In this document: one piece after another, positions 8,376 through 17,571 of the stretch | Layout of the letters: the number at the start of each line of letters is the position of its first letter | How positions within the stretch are numbered: position 1 is the stretch's first letter | DNA from: Myxococcota bacterium | Lineage (GTDB): Bacteria; Myxococcota_A; UBA796; CAJQPC01 | Assembly: GCA_036229005.1 (NCBI GenBank) | Contig: JAZAMN010000029.1 | Location: forward strand, 1-34,524 | Reading direction: 5' to 3' | DNA: 34,524 nt | Position numbers and translations under genes: made by a program | Notes under the pieces: generated by a model | The model's database searches: none | What the model saw: only the letters and a program-made list of their open reading frames with translations | Told to the model about the DNA's origin: nothing

Positions 8376-10496
8376 ATGCTCCTTCTCCTCTCCCTCTTGG
8401 CCTGCAAGGACGGCGAGCCCGTCGTCGACGACAGCGCCCCCGTCGAGACCCCCGACTGCGAGCTGCCCCCCAACCTGACCACCTCGCCGGACGAGGACTG
8501 CTTTGGGTACCCGGACGCCACGGACTGTGACTGCGACGGCTACGTCAAGGACAGCGAGGACTGCGACGACCGCAACTCCTACACCTTCCCCGGCGCCGAT
8601 GACATCCCCTACAACGGGGTGGATGATGACTGCGCGGGCGACGGCGATCTGGTGGACTGGGACGGCGACGGCTACGACTCGGTGCAGGTCGGTGGGGACG
8701 ACTGCAACGACGGCAACGCGCAGATCTACCCAGGCGCTCCGGAGACCTGCTACAACGGCATCGACGAGGACTGCAGCGGCGACGACGACAGCAACGACTG
8801 CGACGGCGACGGCTTCCCCGGCATCGGCGACGACAAGACCGACTGCGACGACACCGACCCCGAGCGCAACCCCGCGGCGGACGAGATCTGGTACGACGGC
8901 GTCGACCAGAACTGCTCCGGCCAGGACTCCGACTACGACGCCGATGGGGACGGCGACGACTCCGCGGATCACCCCAACGCCGACGGCGACGTGGGTACGG
9001 ACTGCGACGACAGCGACCCGCTGACCGCGGGCGGGAACCCCGAGCTGCTGGACAACCAGGACCGCGACTGCGACGGCGTGGTCGACCTGCTCAACAGCCG
9101 CGATGGCCAGGCCTGGTGGTACGGCGCGCTGGGCAGCGGGGACGGCTTCCTGGGCATCTCCGCGGCGGTGATGGAGGACTACGACGGCGACGGCAGCCTC
9201 TCCATCGCGGTGGGCGGGCACGGCAGCGCCAGCGAGACCGACCCCTACATTGGCTATGTCTACCTGCTGGACGTGTCTTCGGGGCAGGGCAAGCCCCAGG
9301 ACCTGGCGCACACCCTGATCTACGGCGGTGTGGGCTACGACCTGATCGGCACCGACCTGGCCAACGTGGGCGACATGAACGGCGACGGGCACCCCGAGCT
9401 GCTGGTCGGCGCCCCGGAGGCTGGATCGAGCCTGGGCCACGCCTACCTCTTTGACGGGGCGGACATCGCCGCCGGCGGCACGCTGAGCCCCAGCGACGCG
9501 CTCTCCACCCTCGGGGGCGGGGCGGCCTACGCGGGCGCAGACGTGGGCAGCGTGCAGGATCTCGACGGCGACGGGGTCCCCGAGCTGTTCCTGGGCACCG
9601 GGTTCTGGTCGGCCGTTGGCAGCACGCCCCAGATCGTCGTCTACTCGGGCAGCGATGCGCTGGACGGCGACCTCTCCACCATCGACGCTCTGGCCCAGGT
9701 GGACGTGAGCAACAACGACGGCGGCGATGCCCTGTCCATCGACCTGGACGGCGACGGCCTGCAGGAGGTGCTGTTCCCCGCCTACACCGCGGACCCTGGA
9801 CAGGGCGTGCTGGCGGTGATGTGGGGTGACGAGGTCGCCACGATGGGCGCTGTGAGCATCGACGACCTGGACTGGATCCGCGGCGAGAGCCTGGACCGCA
9901 TCGGCTACACCACCGGCTGGTACGACGACATGGACGGCGACGGCTACCCCGAGCTGCTGGTCCGCTCCTACGGAGCCGACGGCAACGCCGGCGGCGGCGG
10001 CGGCGGGCGGATCTACCTGGTGGACTCGGATGTCGTGACCCGCGGCCAGGGCACCGACGTGCGCATCGCGAGCCAGGCCTTCGGCACCATCGAGGGCACC
10101 GTGGACTCCGGCCACGTCAAGACCCCCACCGAGCAGGGCGACTACGACGGCGACGGCGTGGACGACATCCTGGTCATGCACCCCGGCGACCGCGAGCACG
10201 TCAACCCGCTCGTGGGCGAAGGAGCGGCCGTGCGGCCCACTGGCTACATCCTCCAGGTGGACGACGTCAGCGGCGGCGGCTCCGTCTCCGCCGACCTGCG
10301 CGCGGACGAGCACCTGCTGGACGGCTTCAAGGACGATGAGCTCAGCGGCTTCTCCCTGATCGCGGCCGACTTTGACGGCGACGGCGTCGACGATATCTAC
10401 TTCGGCTCCCCGGGCGCTGGCGGCAAGTCCACCTCGCGCGCTGGAAACGCCCACGTGTTCCTGTCCTACCTGGACGGCGACTACAGCGACCTGTGA
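8376..10496 (+). CDS. Lipoprotein with MopE-related metal-binding repeats and FG-GAP (integrin-alpha-like) repeats
   Basis: GGAGG RBS then MLLLLSLLAC. Repeated DCDD...PGAxExxYNGxDxDC units, then about seven DxDGDGxxD/E motifs. Confidence 0.87.
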   Translation: MLLLLSLLACKDGEPVVDDSAPVETPDCELPPNLTTSPDEDCFGYPDATDCDCDGYVKDSEDCDDRNSYTFPGADDIPYNGVDDDCAGDGDLVDWDGDGYDSVQVGGDDCNDGNAQIYPGAPETCYNGIDEDCSGDDDSNDCDGDGFPGIGDDKTDCDDTDPERNPAADEIWYDGVDQNCSGQDSDYDADGDGDDSADHPNADGDVGTDCDDSDPLTAGGNPELLDNQDRDCDGVVDLLNSRDGQAWWYGALGSGDGFLGISAAVMEDYDGDGSLSIAVGGHGSASETDPYIGYVYLLDVSSGQGKPQDLAHTLIYGGVGYDLIGTDLANVGDMNGDGHPELLVGAPEAGSSLGHAYLFDGADIAAGGTLSPSDALSTLGGGAAYAGADVGSVQDLDGDGVPELFLGTGFWSAVGSTPQIVVYSGSDALDGDLSTIDALAQVDVSNNDGGDALSIDLDGDGLQEVLFPAYTADPGQGVLAVMWGDEVATMGAVSIDDLDWIRGESLDRIGYTTGWYDDMDGDGYPELLVRSYGADGNAGGGGGGRIYLVDSDVVTRGQGTDVRIASQAFGTIEGTVDSGHVKTPTEQGDYDGDGVDDILVMHPGDREHVNPLVGEGAAVRPTGYILQVDDVSGGGSVSADLRADEHLLDGFKDDELSGFSLIAADFDGDGVDDIYFGSPGAGGKSTSRAGNAHVFLSYLDGDYSDL

Positions 10497-11242
10497 GCCC
10501 GATGAGCGATCCCACCGGGCCGCTGGTGCTCCCCGAGCTGCACCGCGGCACCCTGATCCGCCGCTACAAGCGCTTTCTGGCCGACGTCCGCCTGGACGAT
10601 GGCCGGGAGGTCACCGCGCACTGCCCCAACCCCGGGCGCATGACCTCCTGCCAGGAGCCCGGCTGGGAGGTCTGGCTCAGCCACCACCCCGACCCCAAGC
10701 GAAAGCTCAAGTGGAGCTGGGAGCTCTCGCGGGATCCCGCGGGCACCCTGATCCTGGTCAACACCCAGCGCCCCAACGCCGTGCTGGCCCAGGCCCTGCG
10801 CGCCGGCCAGGTCCCCAAGCTGGCCCACTACCAGCAGCTCCAGACCGAGGTGCGCTACGGCCAGGAGCGCAGCCGCATCGACGTGCTCCTGAGCGAGCCC
10901 GGCCTCTGCTACGTGGAGCTCAAGTCGGTCACCCTGCTCACCGAGCCCGGCCAGGCCGCCTTCCCCGACGCCGTCAGCGCCCGCGGCGCCAAGCACCTGC
11001 GCGAGCTCTCGCAGATGGTCGCCGAGGGCCACCGCGCCCTGCTCTTCTTCCTGGTCTCCCGGGGGGACGCCCAGCGGGTGCGCCCGGCGCGGGAGATCGA
11101 CCCAAAGTACGGTCAGGCGCTGGATGAGGCGCTCTCGTCCGGTGTGGAGATCCTGGCCCACCGCCTGCAGATCTCGGACCCCGCGCAGGGCCAGGTGCAC
11201 CTGAGCATCGGCGAGGAACTGCTGTTCTCGCCCAAGCCTTAG
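10493..11242 (+). CDS. sfsA: DNA/RNA nuclease SfsA
   Basis: RRYKRFLADV, HCPNPGRM, SRID, YVELKSVT and FPDAVSARGAKHLREL. The start is GTG 10493 or ATG 10502. Confidence 0.94.
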   Translation: MSPMSDPTGPLVLPELHRGTLIRRYKRFLADVRLDDGREVTAHCPNPGRMTSCQEPGWEVWLSHHPDPKRKLKWSWELSRDPAGTLILVNTQRPNAVLAQALRAGQVPKLAHYQQLQTEVRYGQERSRIDVLLSEPGLCYVELKSVTLLTEPGQAAFPDAVSARGAKHLRELSQMVAEGHRALLFFLVSRGDAQRVRPAREIDPKYGQALDEALSSGVEILAHRLQISDPAQGQVHLSIGEELLFSPKP

Positions 11243-11261
11243 ACTCTCTGCAGGAGGCCCC

Positions 11262-12467
11262 ATGCTCTGGATGCTGCTGGCTTGTCAGTCGGACACGCCT
11301 GTCCTCGACAGCGCCATCGAGTCCGAGCCCGTTGAGCTCTCCCTGGCCCCCTGGGTGGTGTTGACGGGCAGTGACAGCGCCCTGCTGCGCTTCGAGACCC
11401 TGAACCAGGACGTGGAGCTGCCGGTCACGCTGTGGATCGGGGACCAGGACCCGGTGACCCTGACCCCAGAGCGGCGCGGCATCGAGTCCGACTACGCCTT
11501 CCCCCTGGTGGAGTGGGACCTGGACATCGAGCAGCCCGACCTGCCGGGGCTTCGGGTGCTGCACGAGCTGGCGCTGACGGACCTGCCCGGGGACACCGCG
11601 ATCGCCTGGCGCATCGACCGCCTGGGCGGCGCCTTCGACGAGGGCGTGTTCCGCATCGCGCCGGAGCTGGACTTCAAGGCCGTGTTCACCGGGGACACCA
11701 TGTCGCCGGACCTGGACGGGGTGGTGGACCAGGCGGCCGCGGCCCAGCCGGACCTGTACCTGCACGGCGGGGACATGCAGTACCAGACCTACCCCGCGGA
11801 CACCTGGCGGGGGCTGATGGCGAGCGTGCAGCCGCTGACCGCGCAGGCGCCCTTCATGCCGGCGATCGGCAACCACGAGCACGAGGACTACGACGAGTTC
11901 GCGGTCATGTACACGCGCATGTTCGAGGGGGCCGGGGGCAAGCCCGCCGCGGACTACTACGCCTACAGCTACGGCGGGGTGCGCTTTCTGGCGCTGAACA
12001 CCGAGAGCAGCGCGTCCCTGGGCGACCCCGACAGCGCGCAGATCGCGTGGCTGCAGCAGGAGCTGGAGGCCCACCGAGACGGCGTGGTGGTCGCCTACTT
12101 CCACCGCCCGCTGGTGACCCTGTCCGAGTCCCAGCCGCGCCTGGACATCCGCGAGATCGTGCACCCGATGTTCCTGGAGTACGGCGTGGATCTGGTGCTC
12201 ACCGCGCACAACCACTGCTACGAGCGCTTTGACGTGGACGGGCTGGCCTATGTGGTGGACGGCGGGGGCGGCGCGCTGCTGACCAGCACGACGGTCAACG
12301 AGGACCTCTACCCCGAGGACCTGGCCCGGCGGCAGGCCCACGAGCGCTCGATGGGCTTCACCCTGGTGGCCTTCACGCCCGACGGCATGGAGCTGTCGCG
12401 GACCAACATCGACGGGGTCGAGATCGACCGCGTGGCGCTGCCCTACCGCAGCCCTCAAGGGAGCTGA
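11262..12467 (+). CDS. Purple-acid-phosphatase-like metallophosphoesterase lipoprotein, copy 1
   Basis: TGD, GGDMQY, GNHE, FHRP and AHNH metal-ligand motifs. Lipobox LLAC. Confidence 0.88.
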   Translation: MLWMLLACQSDTPVLDSAIESEPVELSLAPWVVLTGSDSALLRFETLNQDVELPVTLWIGDQDPVTLTPERRGIESDYAFPLVEWDLDIEQPDLPGLRVLHELALTDLPGDTAIAWRIDRLGGAFDEGVFRIAPELDFKAVFTGDTMSPDLDGVVDQAAAAQPDLYLHGGDMQYQTYPADTWRGLMASVQPLTAQAPFMPAIGNHEHEDYDEFAVMYTRMFEGAGGKPAADYYAYSYGGVRFLALNTESSASLGDPDSAQIAWLQQELEAHRDGVVVAYFHRPLVTLSESQPRLDIREIVHPMFLEYGVDLVLTAHNHCYERFDVDGLAYVVDGGGGALLTSTTVNEDLYPEDLARRQAHERSMGFTLVAFTPDGMELSRTNIDGVEIDRVALPYRSPQGS

Positions 12468-12470
12468 GAG

Positions 12471-13676
12471 ATGATTCTGCTGCTGCTGGCTTGCCAGTCG
12501 GACCCGGTTGTCCTCGACAGCACCCCCGAGCGGGAGATGGTGGAGCTGTCCCTGATGCCCTGGGTGGTGGTGACGGGGGCGGACAGCGCCCTGATCCGCT
12601 TCGAGACCCTGGACCAGGACGTGGAGCTGCCGGTCACGCTGTGGATCGGGGACGACGACCCGGTGACCCTGACGCCGGAGCGCCGGGGCATCGAGTCCGA
12701 CTACGCCTTCCCCCTGGAGGAGTGGGACCTGGACGTGGACCACCCGGACCTGCCGGGCTTGCGCGTGCTTCATGAGCTGGCGCTGACGGACCTGCCGGCG
12801 GAGACCCCCATCGGGTGGCGCGTGGAGCGCTACGGCGGGGAGTTCGAGGAGGGCGTGTTCCAGTTGGCCGGGGAGCGCGACTTTGTGGCCGTGTTCACCG
12901 GGGACACCATGTCGCCCAAGCTGGACGAGGTCGTGGACCTGGCCGCGCCGGTGCAGCCGGACCTGTACATCCACGGCGGGGACCTGCAGTACCAGTCCAA
13001 CCCCCTGGACACCTGGGGCGGGCTGATGGCGAGCCTGCAGCCCCTGACCGCGCAGGCGCCGTTCATGCCGGCCATCGGCAACCACGAGCACGAGGACTAC
13101 GACGAGTTCGCGGTCATGTACACGCGCATGTTCGAGGGGGCCGGGGGCAAGGCCGACGCGGACTACTACGGCTTCACCTACGGCGGGGTGCGCTTTCTGG
13201 CCCTGAACACCGAGAGCAGCGCGTCGCTGGGGGACCCCGAGAGCGCCCAGACCGCGTGGCTCAAGCAGGAGCTGGAGGACCACCGGGACGGCGTGGTCGT
13301 GGCCTACTTCCACCGGCCCATCATCACCCTGGCCAAGCACGAGCCGCGCATGGACCTGCGGGAGCGCCTGCACCCTCTGTTCGTGGAGTACGGCGTGGAC
13401 CTGGTGCTCACCGCGCACAACCACAGCTACGAGCGCTTCGAGCTGGACGGGGTGCCCTACGTGGTCGACGGGGGCGGGGGCGCGCTGCTCTATGCGGTGA
13501 GTCAGAACGAGGAGAAGTTCCCGGAGGACGCGGCCCACCGCCTGGCCTTCGAGAAGTCCATGGGCTTCACGGCGCTGCAGTTCACCAGCGAGGACATTCT
13601 CCTGACGCGCACGAACCTGGACGGAGAGGAGATCGACAGCGTCGCGCTTCCCTACCGACAGGCCCAGGATCTGTAG
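12471..13676 (+). CDS. Purple-acid-phosphatase-like metallophosphoesterase lipoprotein, copy 2 (tandem paralog)
   Basis: Same motifs and same length (401 aa) as copy 1, offset by 1209 bp. Confidence 0.88.
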   Translation: MILLLLACQSDPVVLDSTPEREMVELSLMPWVVVTGADSALIRFETLDQDVELPVTLWIGDDDPVTLTPERRGIESDYAFPLEEWDLDVDHPDLPGLRVLHELALTDLPAETPIGWRVERYGGEFEEGVFQLAGERDFVAVFTGDTMSPKLDEVVDLAAPVQPDLYIHGGDLQYQSNPLDTWGGLMASLQPLTAQAPFMPAIGNHEHEDYDEFAVMYTRMFEGAGGKADADYYGFTYGGVRFLALNTESSASLGDPESAQTAWLKQELEDHRDGVVVAYFHRPIITLAKHEPRMDLRERLHPLFVEYGVDLVLTAHNHSYERFELDGVPYVVDGGGGALLYAVSQNEEKFPEDAAHRLAFEKSMGFTALQFTSEDILLTRTNLDGEEIDSVALPYRQAQDL

Positions 13677-13740
13677 GGGCCCTTCGCTGCGACCCGGGAA
13701 CAACGCGTGCTATGAGGCCGCCACCTGTCTAGGAGTTCCC

Positions 13741-14529
13741 GTGGAAGAGTCTTCCCCCACCCGTACGTTCCTGCTGTCCGCTGCCGTGCTGAGCGGCTTC
13801 TCCATGATGCCCAGCGCGGCGTCCGCCCTGTCGATCACCACGACCGTGGCGCCCACCGTCCTCACCACCGGAGGCGGCGTCGTCGCCGCGGTGCTGATCC
13901 TCAAGAAGAAGCAGGACGACGAGAAGAAGCAGGAGGACCTGGAGGAGGGCGAGAAGACCGCCCAGCTCATGGACGTGGGCCTGATCCTCTCCAACAGCGA
14001 GCTCCCCGCCCAGCTCCAGCTCCTGCTGGACAGCCCCAGCGCCATGGCCCAGCTCAACCAGGAGGTGCAGAGCACCCCCGGCGCGGCCACCCAGGCCCTG
14101 GCCCACGCCTCCGGCCTCAGCGTCGAGCAGACCCAGGCCACCTGGGCCGCGGCCCTGGCCGAGTCCGGCGAGATCACCCGCCGCGAGGACGCCCAGCGCG
14201 TGCTCACCGCCTACGTCGAGAAGATCAGTGACAACCTCCAGGTCTCTGAGCAGGTCAAGGCCGACGCCCTCTGGCGCCTGGCCCGCGAGGCCGAGACCGG
14301 CGGCACCCAGGAGCAGAGCTGGGTCGCCGACTGGCTGGGCCTGCCCGTCCAGGCGGTGCAGAGCGCCGTGGCCACGGCCTTCCCCGCCGGCGCCGACGCG
14401 GAGCTGCGCGAGGCCATCGCCGCCGACCCCCAGGCCTACAGCATGGCCCTGGCCGTCGCCCTGGAGGCCGAGAACGAGGCCGCCATCGACGCGCGCCTGG
14501 TCGAGCTCCAGAGCGCCGCCCTGAACTGA
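13741..14529 (+). CDS. Secreted or membrane-anchored helical hypothetical protein (weak resemblance to DUF3015/DUF2388-type partners of DUF4105 genes)
   Basis: AGGAG RBS plus GTG. Signal-like region ending ASA, then a Thr-rich hydrophobic segment, KKK and an Ala-rich helical body. The family resemblance is from memory only. Confidence 0.6.
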   Translation: MEESSPTRTFLLSAAVLSGFSMMPSAASALSITTTVAPTVLTTGGGVVAAVLILKKKQDDEKKQEDLEEGEKTAQLMDVGLILSNSELPAQLQLLLDSPSAMAQLNQEVQSTPGAATQALAHASGLSVEQTQATWAAALAESGEITRREDAQRVLTAYVEKISDNLQVSEQVKADALWRLAREAETGGTQEQSWVADWLGLPVQAVQSAVATAFPAGADAELREAIAADPQAYSMALAVALEAENEAAIDARLVELQSAALN

Positions 14530-14547
14530 TCCACCGGGCCTGACTCC

Positions 14548-16800
14548 ATGTGGTTGCTCGCGGTCGCCGCCGCCTCTGCGGGGAGCTCCCAAGCGCTCAC
14601 CCAGCAGGCGCTGGCGGGGCTGCCGCGGGCGCTGCAGGAGCGGGCCGCCGAGCTCCACATCGAGCACGGCCCCGCCCCCTCCCTGCCCAGCGAGCTGCGC
14701 ACCCCGCACCTGCTCGTGCAGGAGGGGCCGCGCGGACTCCGGGTCCTCGCCGATGGGCTGGAGTCCCAGGTGGAGGCGTGGGGTCAATCCCAGGGCGTTG
14801 AGGCCGACCCGCACGCGCTCGCGGTCGTGCTCCTCCGCCGGAACCTCGCGCACGGGCTGGCCCACAGCCTGGAGCGCGAGCACCCCCTGTCTTCCCAGGA
14901 GCGCTGGCTGGCCCTGAGTGACTGGGGGCTGCTGCGGCCGGGCGAGCAGGACCCCCTCAGCTTCGGCGGGCCGGGGGCCACCGCCTCCCCGCGCGAGGAC
15001 CTGGCCGCCGCCGTCGAGCACTGGGCCACCGGCCAGAGCCTCCCCGGGGACCCCACCCTGGAGGCGGCCTGCAGGATGCGCTCCAAGCTGGACCTCATCG
15101 AGGCGTCCTGGGGACCCGCGCCCGCCTACCAGCGCTGTGAGCAGCTCCGCGCCGCCGGGCTGGACGATGTCGAGGGCCTGGAGCTGCTGCTGGTGCAGGC
15201 CTCCAGCCAGGACCCCAGCTCCGTGGGCGGGCACCTGATGCTGGGGGTGCGCTACGCGCCCGATGCGCAGGGCTTCTCCCGCCTGGAGACCTTCACCATG
15301 ATCGCCCTGACCGGGGACGAGCAGGTGGGCTCCGCCGCCTACATCGCCAAGGGCGTGGCCGGGGGCTTCCCGTCGGTGGTGCGCCGTGAGCCCTACCGCC
15401 TCTCGGTGCTGCGCTACGCCCAGGAGAACCGCGGCATCCAGCGCATCCCCCTGGATCTGGATCCCCAGCAGCTCAAGCGCGCGCTGGAGCGCCTGGACGA
15501 GCTGCAGCAGGCCTGGAGCCGCCCCTACCTGTTCTTCACGCGCAACTGCACCCAGCTCCCCCTGGAGATCGTGGAGGCCGCCCTCCAGCAGAGCCTGGAC
15601 CTGCCGGGCTTCTACACCCCGGATGCCCTGATCGGCGCGGTGCAGCGGCGGGGCCTGCTGGCGCCCAGCGCCGGGGGACAGCCCAGCCCCCAGGACCGAG
15701 CTCTGCGCGCCCAGGACCTGCGCCTGGAGACCGAGATCGCCCTGCTCGCCACCGACCCGGCGCTGCGCGAGGACCTGGACCGGGCCCAGAGCCGCGACTT
15801 CCGGGAGCGAGGGGCTGCGTACCGCGCGCTGGGGGCGGCCTGCACCGCTCTGGACCCGGAGGCTTGCGAGAGCCTGCGTCGCTACCTGCTCTTGAGCGAG
15901 GACATCGAGCGCATCGCCCTGGGCGGCGGCGTCCCGGTGGGGGCCGAGCACCCCCTGATGGTCGACCTGTGGGAGGCCCTGGCCGCCAGCGGCGCGCTCA
16001 CCCAGGGCCAGGCCGCCGTGCAGGTGCAGGCGCAGCTCTCCAGCTTCCCCGCCGCCCGGGTGCCCCCCAGCAGCAGCCACGCCCCGCTGATGCGCCTGGA
16101 GCTGGGGGTGGGCCTGCGCCGCTCGCCGGTGGGGGACGCCGCGGCCCTGCGCCTGGGCACCCAGCTCTACCGCAGCCGCCTGGGGGAGCGCCGCCACCAC
16201 GGCCTGGCCGAAGGCGTCGAGCTGGCGGCCTTCCCAATCGAGCTGCTGCTCGCGGGCACCCAGTCCATCCAGGGGCAGTCGATCCAGGCGCAGGGCGCGG
16301 TCCTGGAGTACCACCGGCTCTTCGCCCAGCGGGCGGTCCTGAACCCCGGGCTCATGCTCACGGTGCTGCCGCTCAGCCTGTCCTCGGATGCGCCCTCCAG
16401 CCTCTCACCGGTGCTGCTTGGGGGGAGTGTGGAGTTGGTGCAGTCTGGCGGCCATCGACACCACCTGCTCCTCTACACCGGCCTGAGCCCGATGCGACTG
16501 CGCTGGCCCTCGTACGAGGCGGCCTGGGGAGTGGGGATCCCCGTCGCGCTGCGGGGGCGCCTGGGCTCGGCGCGGCACACCCTGACGGCTCTGGAGGCCC
16601 AGGCCAGCGTGACGCCCATCCGGGGCACGCAGCCGGGGCGCATCGACGCGCTCTCTGTGCAGGGGCAGCGGCGGCTGGGGGAGATGGCGGGGGCAGACCT
16701 GGCGTTGTCCCTGGATCTTGATGTGACGCGCTGGGAGGTCGGCGCGGCCAGCGGGCAGGCCACCACCTTGACCCTGGGACTCTGGATGGAGCGCTTCTGA
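14548..16800 (+). CDS. DUF4105 (Lnb N-terminal-like, His/Cys) domain protein with a C-terminal beta-barrel
   Basis: SSVGGHLML...Y...ENR...YLFFTRNCT matches the DUF4105 GH / YxFxxxNC signature. It has a signal peptide and amphipathic strands ending in a terminal Phe (LGLWMERF). Confidence 0.8.
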   Translation: MWLLAVAAASAGSSQALTQQALAGLPRALQERAAELHIEHGPAPSLPSELRTPHLLVQEGPRGLRVLADGLESQVEAWGQSQGVEADPHALAVVLLRRNLAHGLAHSLEREHPLSSQERWLALSDWGLLRPGEQDPLSFGGPGATASPREDLAAAVEHWATGQSLPGDPTLEAACRMRSKLDLIEASWGPAPAYQRCEQLRAAGLDDVEGLELLLVQASSQDPSSVGGHLMLGVRYAPDAQGFSRLETFTMIALTGDEQVGSAAYIAKGVAGGFPSVVRREPYRLSVLRYAQENRGIQRIPLDLDPQQLKRALERLDELQQAWSRPYLFFTRNCTQLPLEIVEAALQQSLDLPGFYTPDALIGAVQRRGLLAPSAGGQPSPQDRALRAQDLRLETEIALLATDPALREDLDRAQSRDFRERGAAYRALGAACTALDPEACESLRRYLLLSEDIERIALGGGVPVGAEHPLMVDLWEALAASGALTQGQAAVQVQAQLSSFPAARVPPSSSHAPLMRLELGVGLRRSPVGDAAALRLGTQLYRSRLGERRHHGLAEGVELAAFPIELLLAGTQSIQGQSIQAQGAVLEYHRLFAQRAVLNPGLMLTVLPLSLSSDAPSSLSPVLLGGSVELVQSGGHRHHLLLYTGLSPMRLRWPSYEAAWGVGIPVALRGRLGSARHTLTALEAQASVTPIRGTQPGRIDALSVQGQRRLGEMAGADLALSLDLDVTRWEVGAASGQATTLTLGLWMERF

Positions 16801-17531
16801 TGTTGGTGATCACCGGAACCGGACGCTCGGGCACCAGCCTGTGGATGCAGCTCCTGCAGGCTGGGGGCATGCCCGTGCTGGGGGAGCGCTTCCCGCCGGG
16901 CACCGAGGCATTCGCCGCCCTCAACCCCGCCGGCTTCTACGAGTCCGCGCTGCTCAACGGCATCCACGCGGGCAGCAACCCCGATCCCCGCAGCGGCGCC
17001 GAGCTGGAGCCCCAGATGCCCGTCGCCGTCAAGGTCCTGGGCGCGGGCCTGCGGATCACCGAGCGGCGCTACCTGGACCGCGTGCTCCTGAGCTTCCGCC
17101 ACCCCTTCGCGTTCGCCCAGAGCGCCCGCCGGCTGGGCGAGCTGCACCCCCCGTCCGCGTCCCACGGCAGCGTGCGCGACCCCCTGCGTTGGTGGTTCTG
17201 TCAGCACATGGCCGTCCTGCTGGACGCGAGCACCCGCCGCTACGCCCCCCGGCGCGTGGCCTTCGAGGCCCTGCTTTCCCAGCCCGAGCCCGTGATCGCC
17301 GCGTGCTTTGACTGGCTGGAGCTCCCCCTGGATCCCGCCGCCGCCGCCCAGGTCCTGCGCCCCAGCCTGGTCACCGCGCGCCCCCAGGAACAGGAGGGAC
17401 AGGAGGCCGAGGTCTGTCTGCGCCTGCACACCCTGCTGCACCAACCGGGCCCCCTGGGCCGTCGCGATCTGGCACCGCTGACCCCCGCATACGAGGACAT
17501 GCTGGCGCGGCTGCGCGCCCAAGGCCTCTGA
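16800..17531 (+). CDS. Sulfotransferase-family (P-loop) protein
   Basis: 5'-PSB-like ITGTGRSGTS, NPAGFYE, RHP and FEALLSQP. TGATG coupling to the upstream gene. Confidence 0.78.
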   Translation: MLVITGTGRSGTSLWMQLLQAGGMPVLGERFPPGTEAFAALNPAGFYESALLNGIHAGSNPDPRSGAELEPQMPVAVKVLGAGLRITERRYLDRVLLSFRHPFAFAQSARRLGELHPPSASHGSVRDPLRWWFCQHMAVLLDASTRRYAPRRVAFEALLSQPEPVIAACFDWLELPLDPAAAAQVLRPSLVTARPQEQEGQEAEVCLRLHTLLHQPGPLGRRDLAPLTPAYEDMLARLRAQGL

Positions 17532-17571
17532 GGGCGGGCGCGGGGACGCCATCGGCGCTATAGGGGCCGTT

